From Candidatus Poseidoniaceae archaeon (GTDB taxonomy: Archaea; Thermoplasmatota; Poseidoniia; Poseidoniales; Poseidoniaceae), in the NCBI GenBank assembly GCA_943789275.1, contig CALSTM010000001.1:150001-182000 (forward strand): a stretch of DNA of 32,000 bases. The letters run 5' to 3'. Position 1 is the stretch's first letter. Every line of letters begins with the position of its first letter. Of this stretch, positions 1 through 7,020 are shown piece by piece. The notes below the pieces were generated by a model that saw only the letters and a list, made by a program, of their open reading frames with translations, was not told the origin of the DNA and searched no databases. Both the position numbers and the translations under genes were made by a program.

Positions 1-130
1 GTTCAGTAAACATCAGTAAAGGTGTTGAATCTTCGATGTCTTGAGCTTGTAAAAGCAACCACCTTGCTCCATGCATCGAAGCACGAACATCGTCGCCTAA
101 ATCCTTCAGTGTGACGACTCGGATTCTCAT
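1..130 (-). CDS. hypothetical protein, N-terminal fragment (continues beyond the window start)
   Basis: The reverse strand is open from the ATG at 130..128 to the window edge, reading MRIRVVTLKDLGDDVRASMHGARWLLLQAQDIEDSTPLLMFTE. Its ATG overlaps the pelota stop codon as ATGA (127..130), a typical translational-coupling arrangement. It is too short for the ORF track. I did not recognise a family. Confidence 0.35.
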   Translation of the reverse strand, partial: MRIRVVTLKDLGDDVRASMHGARWLLLQAQDIEDSTPLLMFTE

Positions 131-1197
131 CCCTCCATTGAATAGCGCAGCATGGCCATTACTCCACCAAGTCCCATGAGTTGTTGCCCACCGTCATGGT
201 CTATGGAGCATTGCACCATCACAGCACCAATATCTGCAAGACCGTTTGTCCATTCAAGCCAAGTTTTACCGTCAATTCTTTCGGTTTCAGAACGCAGTAG
301 GTCTGCGGAAATCAACAGTGTTTCAATAGCACCCTCATTCATAGCACGAACGAGGAATTCTTCACCGTAGGCGACAGCTCCACCGGTTGACAAGCGCTTC
401 CATGCTTCTTCAATGAGAGCAATTTCATTCGATATGGCGTACTCGCTCAATAAATTCCCTGCAAGGCCCTCGCGTAGAACTTCATTCGCCCCCGCTCGAC
501 CACCCATGGATGTCGCAATCGATTTCATAATCCGAGTTTCACCTGACGCTCGCAGATCCGCAAGCAGTGCATCCCTCGCATGCCCAGGCCCACAGACAAT
601 CAACGGTGTTGAACGACCGAGTGTATCGACCAATGCGTTGATGACATTTGAACGAAAAGTACTGGCGATACTGGCTGAATGGCGAATCTCACCTCTCTTT
701 CCACCACCTCGCATCGTCCACGTTGCACCTTCACGTAATCCACGGCCAGTGACATGGAATATGACCACTTCATCCGTTTCGACAACCGCTAAAACGACTT
801 GCGATTGGCCTGATGCCTTTTCAGATTGAAGTAATAATTCGACATCGGCAGGTGTGAAGAAAGCGTGCGTCGATAGTTCGACTTCATCACGAATTTCTAC
901 AAGGTGTGTATGGTGCATCCCGATATCAAAGTGGGCTTCCTCAATTGTACCGTGAATCCGTAAGTGCTCGCTAAACGTTTGGTATTCAGTGTCCTGGACA
1001 CGAAGGCGAATCCACATTTTTTTCCTTTCAGCAGATTTAGCCCGCCCCCCTTCTTCTCCACCTGTTGTCTGGTCACGTCGTTCACCAAGCATTGCAAAAT
1101 GCATGCCTTGACGAGTCATACGGGCGAGTGCCCACAAGTCATCGTCGGTCTCCAATCGGAGTCGCCAAACTTGGGGTTCTCGCTTGAGGATTTTCAT
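127..1197 (-). CDS. pelA: archaeal Pelota (Dom34 homologue), mRNA surveillance / ribosome rescue factor
   Basis: The 356-aa ORF has an ATG start. The N-terminus (MKILKREPQ..WRLRLETDDDLWALARMTRQGMHF) matches the Pelota pattern. The C-terminal region is eRF1-like (PLIVCGPGHARDALL, GGRAGANEVL). The length is typical for aPelota. Confidence 0.9.
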   Translation of the reverse strand: MKILKREPQVWRLRLETDDDLWALARMTRQGMHFAMLGERRDQTTGGEEGGRAKSAERKKMWIRLRVQDTEYQTFSEHLRIHGTIEEAHFDIGMHHTHLVEIRDEVELSTHAFFTPADVELLLQSEKASGQSQVVLAVVETDEVVIFHVTGRGLREGATWTMRGGGKRGEIRHSASIASTFRSNVINALVDTLGRSTPLIVCGPGHARDALLADLRASGETRIMKSIATSMGGRAGANEVLREGLAGNLLSEYAISNEIALIEEAWKRLSTGGAVAYGEEFLVRAMNEGAIETLLISADLLRSETERIDGKTWLEWTNGLADIGAVMVQCSIDHDGGQQLMGLGGVMAMLRYSMEG

Positions 1198-1202
1198 TTA
1201 CT

Positions 1203-2924
1203 TCACCCAAATACGCCGGTGAGTTTTCCATTTTCATCCATGTCCATATCGAGTGCCGCTGGTCGCTTTGCAAGTCCCGGCATGGTCATCATGTTCCCAA
1301 GTACAGCCACAATGAATCCTGCACCAGCATTCAATCGGAATTCACGAACTGGAAGAGTGAATCCAACAGGTGCTCCCAGTTGGCCAGGGTCGTGTGAGAA
1401 TGAATACTGTGTCTTTGCCATACAGACCGGTAAATGTCCGTATCCCCAAGACTGAAGTTTATTCAGCTGCTTCATTGCTGCACTGCTCACTTCCACACCG
1501 TCTGCTTTGTAGATGCGTTGTGCGATTGCTTCCATTTTTTCAAGAACAGGAGTATCTGATGTAAACAGGGGCGTGAAGGGTCTTCCGTTGGCAACATGGT
1601 CATGAACTGCTGCAACAACAGCTTTTGCCAGTTGTTCTCCACCTTTGCCACCGTTTGAATGGACTTCAGTGAGCGTCACATCAGCCGCACCACTCTTTTG
1701 CGCTGCAGTTCGAAGGGCGTCGAGTTCGGCGTCCGTGTCGGATGCGAATCGGTTGATGGATACGATGACAGGCATTCCAAATCCAGCCATGTTCTTGATG
1801 TGACGGTCAAGGTTTCCTTGTGCACCTCGTGTGACTGCATCAACATCTTCCTTTTCGAGTTCTTCTTTCGTAGGTCGATAACCTCCGCGGCTACCAAAAG
1901 CTCCTCCATGAAGTTTCATTGAACGAATGGTGACGTTCATCACGACACAATCTGGAGACTTCCCAGAGTTTGCCGCCTTGATGTGCATGAATTTTTCAGC
2001 ACCCATGTCAGAGCCAAAGCCTGCCTCAGTAACGACGATATCAGCAGCACCCAAGGCTAAGCGGTCAGCAATGATACTGGAGTTTCCATGAGCAATGTTC
2101 GCAAACGGTCCGCCGTGGATAAAGGCGGGATTGCCTTCTAAAGTTTGGACCAAGTTTGGTAAGAACGCATTGCGTAGCAACAGTGCCATTGCACCAGCAG
2201 CACCGATTTCTTCAGCCTTGACTGGATTGCCACTGAGGGATTGCCCGACTACGATTTCGCCAATCCTCTTTCGCAAGTCTGCATAGTCGTTGGCCAGAAC
2301 CAAGATGGCCATGACTTCACTTGCAGCAGTAATATCGAACCTGTCTTGGCGGGGATTTCCGTTTGCGGGACCACCAAGGCCGATCACGATGTTTCGCAGT
2401 GAACGGTCGTTCATGTCGATGACTCGAGGCCAGAACACTCGTGTTGGGTCCAATTGTGATTCGTTGCCTTGTTTCATGTGGTTGTCAATAAGAGCCGAGA
2501 GGAGATTGTGTGCGGAGGTTACGGCGTGAAGGTCGCCGGTGAAGTGCAGGTTGATTTCTTCCATGGGGATGACTTGAGAGTGCCCACCACCTGCTGCACC
2601 ACCTTTGATTCCAAAGACTGGACCCATTGAAGGTTCACGGATGACGCAAGTGGCGCTCTGTCCAAGAGCACACAGTGCTTGAGTGAGTCCGATTGTGGTT
2701 ACTGTTTTCCCTTCTCCAAAGGGCGTAGGATTCACCGATGTGACCAGAACCAGACTACCCTGAGGCTTTGAAAAGCGCTGACTGAGAGCATCCCAAGTTA
2801 TTTTTGCCATTCCCCGACCCATCGGCATGAGTTCATGCGATGAAATCCCAAGTTTCCAAGCAATGGTCTCTATTGGTTCAAGAGTTGCTGCACGTGCGAT
2901 ATCCAAATCACTTGCCATGAGCAT
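1203..2924 (-). CDS. fhs: formate--tetrahydrofolate ligase (formyl-THF synthetase)
   Basis: The 573-aa ORF starts MLMASDLDIARAATLEPIETIA. It contains the nucleotide-binding loop PTPFGEGKTVTTIGLTQAL and the downstream FHS signature region (GGPFANIAHGNSS). Length and collinearity fit FHS. Confidence 0.93.
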   Translation of the reverse strand: MLMASDLDIARAATLEPIETIAWKLGISSHELMPMGRGMAKITWDALSQRFSKPQGSLVLVTSVNPTPFGEGKTVTTIGLTQALCALGQSATCVIREPSMGPVFGIKGGAAGGGHSQVIPMEEINLHFTGDLHAVTSAHNLLSALIDNHMKQGNESQLDPTRVFWPRVIDMNDRSLRNIVIGLGGPANGNPRQDRFDITAASEVMAILVLANDYADLRKRIGEIVVGQSLSGNPVKAEEIGAAGAMALLLRNAFLPNLVQTLEGNPAFIHGGPFANIAHGNSSIIADRLALGAADIVVTEAGFGSDMGAEKFMHIKAANSGKSPDCVVMNVTIRSMKLHGGAFGSRGGYRPTKEELEKEDVDAVTRGAQGNLDRHIKNMAGFGMPVIVSINRFASDTDAELDALRTAAQKSGAADVTLTEVHSNGGKGGEQLAKAVVAAVHDHVANGRPFTPLFTSDTPVLEKMEAIAQRIYKADGVEVSSAAMKQLNKLQSWGYGHLPVCMAKTQYSFSHDPGQLGAPVGFTLPVREFRLNAGAGFIVAVLGNMMTMPGLAKRPAALDMDMDENGKLTGVFG

Positions 2925-3011
2925 GTAGCGGTTCGGTATGGCTTTGAAACCCTCGGGTCAAGTTCGGTCAGAAACGACTGTTTCCACACCTGGCAATCTG
3001 CGCCGGAACAC

Positions 3012-4478
3012 TCACTCGTCTTTCATCTCACCAAGGTAGGCTGGCAACTCAATTCCAGCCATCTTAGCAACATCGTGCACTGGTGGTAGGCTTTGCATGA
3101 GTGAAGAGATGAAGTTCGAAGTCGAGCCACCTTCTCCATTGTTACCGCCGTTGCCAGAATCCCAAACGGTGATCTTGTCAATCTTGAGGTTGGAAATTGC
3201 TTCGGTTTGTCGAGAGACCAATTCTTCAATCTTCTCAACCATCAGCAGAGTCGCAGCAGCCTTGGTGTCTCCACCTGCGCTTTCGACCAGTGACTTGTAA
3301 CCAGCAGCCTTTGCTTCAAGGACGGCTTGTTGACCAACCGCTTCAGCCTGATAGCGTGCAAGGATAGCATCTGCTTGACCTTGTGCGATACGGCGTTGGC
3401 GTTCAGCTTCAGCATCTGCAGAAATCACAACTTGTTCCTTAGCGACGATTTCACGTGCGATGTCTGCTGCACGAAGACGTTCGCTCTCAAGAGAATACTG
3501 AGCCTTTTCAATTTCTTCTTGAGCACGGCGTTGAGCAACTTCAGCACGTTGACGTGCTTCTGCTTCTTTCTCTGCAAGTGTTGCGTTTGAGATAGCGATA
3601 GCAGCTCGGCTCAAGTTTTCACCTTCGATAGCGTTCTTCTCTTGCTCTTGAACGAAAACTCTCTGGAGGCTGATTGCGGCTGCTTTACCTTGTTCTGTAG
3701 AGGACTTTGCCTCTTGGACTGAGATTTCTTCAGTCATGATAGCGTTTGCTTGTCCAGTCTTTGTTTCAGATTGTTGCTTCTGAACTTCGATGATACGGTT
3801 TCGATCTGCTTCTGCAACACGAATCTGTCCCCTTTCGAGAGCCTTAGCACGGTCACCCTCTGCGGAAGCAATTGCTTCTGCGGCTGCCTTTGCACCAATC
3901 GAGTTGATGTATTCAGCCTCGTCAGTGATGTCGGTGATGTTAACGTTGAGCAAAACCAATCCGAGTTTGTGCAGTTCAGAATCGACGTTGTTTGAGACCA
4001 TGCGTAGGAACGCATCACGGTCTTGGTTGATTTGCTCGATGGTGAGTGTAGCGACAGTGAGACGAAGTTGACCGAAAATGATTTCTCGTGCCATTTCTTC
4101 GATTTGGACGTTGGACAAACCAAGCAGACGTTCAGCTGCGTTTTGCATGATCATTGGAGATGTTGAGATACCAATAACGAATGTTGATGGGACGTTAATA
4201 CGAATGTTTTGTTGTGAAAGTGCGTGTTCAAGTTGAATGGGGATGGTCATCGGCTTGAGGTCGAGATACGCATAATGCTGTATGAGCGGCCAAACAATTT
4301 TTCCACCACCGTGGTAACATTTTGCTGCTCCTGCGTCTTTTACGTTACCGTAAACGACCAGAATCTTGTCGGATGGTGCGAGTTTGTATCTGCTTGTGGC
4401 CACATAGATTGTTCCGAACACTGCGAGTGTGAACAAAAAGAGTCCGATAACTGCGATTGAGGTTCCTGCGTCTGCCAT
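3012..4478 (-). CDS. flotillin-family SPFH (band 7) protein
   Basis: The track ORF (3012..4514) begins with GTG. The first ATG, at 4478, gives MADAGTSIAVIGLFLFTLAVFGTIYV, an N-terminal hydrophobic hairpin. This is followed by an SPFH core and a long Ala/Glu/Gln/Arg-rich coiled coil (AEAERQRRIAQGQADAILARYQAEA). That architecture is typical of FloT/YqiK-type flotillins. Confidence 0.85.
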   Translation of the reverse strand: MADAGTSIAVIGLFLFTLAVFGTIYVATSRYKLAPSDKILVVYGNVKDAGAAKCYHGGGKIVWPLIQHYAYLDLKPMTIPIQLEHALSQQNIRINVPSTFVIGISTSPMIMQNAAERLLGLSNVQIEEMAREIIFGQLRLTVATLTIEQINQDRDAFLRMVSNNVDSELHKLGLVLLNVNITDITDEAEYINSIGAKAAAEAIASAEGDRAKALERGQIRVAEADRNRIIEVQKQQSETKTGQANAIMTEEISVQEAKSSTEQGKAAAISLQRVFVQEQEKNAIEGENLSRAAIAISNATLAEKEAEARQRAEVAQRRAQEEIEKAQYSLESERLRAADIAREIVAKEQVVISADAEAERQRRIAQGQADAILARYQAEAVGQQAVLEAKAAGYKSLVESAGGDTKAAATLLMVEKIEELVSRQTEAISNLKIDKITVWDSGNGGNNGEGGSTSNFISSLMQSLPPVHDVAKMAGIELPAYLGEMKDE

Positions 4479-4538
4479 GGTGTCACATGCATGGTGTCCT
4501 TTATGAGTGTTCACCCGACTCGAAAAGGTCTGCAGACC

Positions 4539-5165
4539 TCATTCTTCTTCGGATACGTAGGTGTTGACCGACAGAGGTTTGACGATGAGCGTCTCTCCGA
4601 TTGCTTTAACGACTTCAATAAATTTGCCTGTTTTGAGGCTTGCAGTCTCGTTTTCCAATACGGCGTCACATGTTCGCATTGCGTTTTGGAACTCAACTTG
4701 AACTTGCCCGGTTTCACCTGCACGGATTTCCATGTAGACTTTTCCTTGTGCACCTACTGCCAGTGAATGCTTGACGGTTCCATCGACTTCCAGCGACTTC
4801 ATCACCTGGAATACTTTTCCGATGATGTACATTGAGAAAAACCCTGAGACGGCTGCGACAAAGATTGCAATGAGGTCTGCTCCTCCGCTTTGAGTTACGG
4901 CAAGGCCTGCAATTCCAAACATCATAATGAAACTGAGTATGCCTTGAATTGTGAGCATATGGAATATTCCTTCCGCGCCCATGTCAAAGTCGGTTTCAAA
5001 TCCTGCAAACTCGAGTGCACCATCTGCAACGCCACCAAGTAGAATGAGTATGAAATAAATGAGGAACAAAAAGGTTCCAACGATCGCCATTACAGCGAAC
5101 AATACATCGACGCCGGAGATGGCTCCGAGTCCTACAAGGTCAAGAATATTTGAAATCAAGGACAT
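4539..5165 (-). CDS. NfeD-like membrane protein (YqiJ-type), partner of flotillin
   Basis: The 208-aa ORF has several N-terminal TM helices and a C-terminal soluble beta-rich segment (GAQGKVYMEIRAGETGQVQVEFQNAMRTCDAVLE..GKFIEVVKAIGETLIVKP) resembling the NfeD OB-fold. It lies immediately upstream of the flotillin gene on the same strand, which is the classic nfeD-SPFH gene pair. Confidence 0.6.
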   Translation of the reverse strand: MSLISNILDLVGLGAISGVDVLFAVMAIVGTFLFLIYFILILLGGVADGALEFAGFETDFDMGAEGIFHMLTIQGILSFIMMFGIAGLAVTQSGGADLIAIFVAAVSGFFSMYIIGKVFQVMKSLEVDGTVKHSLAVGAQGKVYMEIRAGETGQVQVEFQNAMRTCDAVLENETASLKTGKFIEVVKAIGETLIVKPLSVNTYVSEEE

Positions 5166-5177
5166 TTTATCACTGGA

Positions 5178-5450
5178 CTATACTGTTGGCTTCTGTTCTT
5201 CAACCTTCGCCTGTTGCTGCCGTTGAATTGGACGGATGTAGATGAAGTAATAATGTCCAAAAACGATTGGTCCTAGAGAGAGGCCAAACATCAGCCCAAC
5301 ACCCCATGAAGGTAGATTGAGTGCAAGGCCAATCGCCACAACAATGAGGAGGCAGACAAGCATCGATGCTTTTTCGAGGATAATCAAAATCGGTGTCGAG
5401 CCCTGGTTCACACGGTCTTTCATCGCAAAGATGTCTCGCAGATTGGACAT
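5178..5450 (-). CDS. small integral membrane protein, unknown function
   Basis: The track ORF is 5178..5480. The internal ATG at 5450 (MSNLRDIFAMKDRV...) avoids a 22-nt overlap with the upstream gene and is preceded by GAGGG. Two hydrophobic helices are predicted by eye. It belongs to the same-strand cluster with the NfeD and flotillin genes. Confidence 0.45.
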   Translation of the reverse strand: MSNLRDIFAMKDRVNQGSTPILIILEKASMLVCLLIVVAIGLALNLPSWGVGLMFGLSLGPIVFGHYYFIYIRPIQRQQQAKVEEQKPTV

Positions 5451-5458
5451 CTCAACCC

Positions 5459-5842
5459 TCACGAGAGGAGATCTGACCATGCTATTTCACTCATGATGAC
5501 TATCATGAGATAGACGAAGCCGATAAAAAAGGCTGGGTTTCGACCCTTTTCAACGAGGCTTTCAACTTGATGCAGTTGTCCATTTGCATCGCGAACAATC
5601 GTTGTTGCTTCCGAAGTGATGTAGTTGCCACCTTCGGTGAACTCTTTCTCGTTTTTATTGCTCTGAAACACCATGAACACGAGTGTACCGATAACAACGC
5701 CTAAACTCGGGCCGAGTAATACGCCCAAAGCAGAGTTGAATTCAGCCCACATAGCTGCAGTAAGGTAGAGACCAAACCCAGCGGTGAGGAGTGAAATTAG
5801 GCCCTTGCCTCGCTTTTGGTTGGATAAATTGAAACCGTCCAT
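5459..5842 (-). CDS. integral membrane protein, unknown function
   Basis: The 127-aa ORF has an ATG start and three hydrophobic segments (LISLLTAGFGLYLTAAMW, LGVLLGPSLGVVIGTLVFMVF, AFFIGFVYLMIVIMSEIAW). It is the first gene of the same-strand cluster 5842->3012. Confidence 0.5.
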   Translation of the reverse strand: MDGFNLSNQKRGKGLISLLTAGFGLYLTAAMWAEFNSALGVLLGPSLGVVIGTLVFMVFQSNKNEKEFTEGGNYITSEATTIVRDANGQLHQVESLVEKGRNPAFFIGFVYLMIVIMSEIAWSDLLS

Positions 5843-5933
5843 GCTATTTGTAATGAGTCACCCTTTTTCAACCCTACCCCGTTTCAAGTCCTCTGTCCAT
5901 GATGTTGAAGAACTACGGCGCGCATGGTATCAC

Positions 5934-6974
5934 ATGGCACAGGTCCGGTATGCGATAACCGGTAGCCCAGTGACTCATTCTCTTTCACCATTGTTGCTTG
6001 GCTTAGTACTCTCAAACCTTGAAAAATTCGGCGGTGATGTCGAGTTACACAGTAAAAATTCTTCAATGCATTTGGTTGATACTCGGGCAATTGAAGATGC
6101 ATTAGGGTGGGGCTATGCGGGGCATGCACCCAACGCACCGGAATGGGAGTACACGGGCGCTCCGTTCGGGAAATTCCGGACCGATGCTCTGCTGAAAAAG
6201 GCCATTGAAGCAGCGATGGAAATTGAAGACGCTGACCCTCGTCTTTCATCGTCCTTTGATTCCGACCCCGTCTCGTCGCCCACCACTGGAAATCCATATC
6301 TGGCTGAAGCAGTTCGCCGACAACTTCCCACGCAGTGCCTCGAAAACGAAGTGTGGATTAATCTCACCTCACCTCTCAAGCACCAACTTGCCAGCGATGC
6401 GATCTCGACCATTGACGATTCAATGGATTTGCAATCGGTCAATACACTGCGATGGGACGGTCAAGGATGGTGGTGCGCAAGTGTCGATGGCTATGGCGTG
6501 GTGGCCTTGGCCCAGCACTATGGCGTAGACGTCAAAGGTGGAGCAATTCTCGGGATCGTTGGAGGAGGAGGTGCTGCTCGTTCGACTGCAGATGCATGGC
6601 TGAAAGAAGGCGGTAGAATCTCAGCAGTCCCCGGTCGTCGTCCACTGGAATTGCCGTATGCGTTTGAATCTTTGAAGCCAACAGAAGCAGTTGATTTTGT
6701 GGTGGATTTTGAAAAGAACCAAACCTCTGAATCCAGTTTTTCTCAATGCGAATTACGATTGAACCCAACCTATGGGCCTCAACCAGGTGATCTCGAGTCA
6801 AGATTTTCCGCCTTACTAAGCCGGCCGCTTGATGGCCGTTGGATGCTTGTTGCCCAACATCTTGAAGCATGGAAGCGGTTGTGGACGCCCCAATATGCGG
6901 ATTTCCTTCCATCACTGGAGCTTCTCCTCACGCAATTGGTCCATGCCGAAAACCTACTCGCAAAGTATGCATGA
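5934..6974 (+). CDS. aroE: shikimate dehydrogenase family protein (divergent, with a large insertion)
   Basis: AroE-family motifs occur in the correct order:
- ITGSPVTHSLSPLL (GxPIxHSxSP)
- INLTSPLKHQ (NVTxPxK)
- VNTLRW
- SVDGYG (NTDxxG position)
- GIVGGGGAARS (GAGGAArA dinucleotide-binding loop)
- GRWMLVAQHLEAWKRLW (C-terminal helix)

The track ORF starts at a GTG at 5784, inside the divergent gene. ATG 5934 lies just before the first motif. ATG 5853 is an alternative start. Confidence 0.65.
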   Translation: MAQVRYAITGSPVTHSLSPLLLGLVLSNLEKFGGDVELHSKNSSMHLVDTRAIEDALGWGYAGHAPNAPEWEYTGAPFGKFRTDALLKKAIEAAMEIEDADPRLSSSFDSDPVSSPTTGNPYLAEAVRRQLPTQCLENEVWINLTSPLKHQLASDAISTIDDSMDLQSVNTLRWDGQGWWCASVDGYGVVALAQHYGVDVKGGAILGIVGGGGAARSTADAWLKEGGRISAVPGRRPLELPYAFESLKPTEAVDFVVDFEKNQTSESSFSQCELRLNPTYGPQPGDLESRFSALLSRPLDGRWMLVAQHLEAWKRLWTPQYADFLPSLELLLTQLVHAENLLAKYA

Positions 6975-7003
6975 CGCCCAAAGCGATTAGAATGAGGAAG
7001 TAA

Positions 7004-7008
7004 AGGAG
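7004..7008 (+). promoter_or_regulatory. possible Shine-Dalgarno-like site (AGGAG) for the 7021 gene
   Basis: The sequence taaAGGAGagaacggttccaATG places the site 12 nt before the start codon. This is a weak call, because the spacer is long and many archaeal mRNAs are leaderless. Confidence 0.25.
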
Positions 7009-7020
7009 AGAACGGTTCCA

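Noticed and set aside
413-1455. Plus-strand ORFs 413-829 (138 aa) and 964-1455 (163 aa), antisense to pelota and fhs
   Set aside because: They are nested antisense to genes with strong family signatures. Their translations are Ser/Pro/Arg-rich low-complexity sequence with no recognisable motifs, which is typical of shadow ORFs.
3734-4123. 129-aa minus-strand ORF and several plus-strand ORFs (3327-3590, 3750-3995, 3790-4071) inside the flotillin gene
   Set aside because: These are alternative frames of the Ala/Glu-rich coiled-coil coding region. Repetitive codon composition keeps off-frames open. The flotillin frame carries the homology.
5784-5933. GTG-initiated 50-codon extension of the shikimate-dehydrogenase-like ORF
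   Set aside because: It overlaps the divergent gene's start (5842) and precedes the first family motif by far more than in AroE proteins. An ATG start at 5853 is kept only as an alternative.
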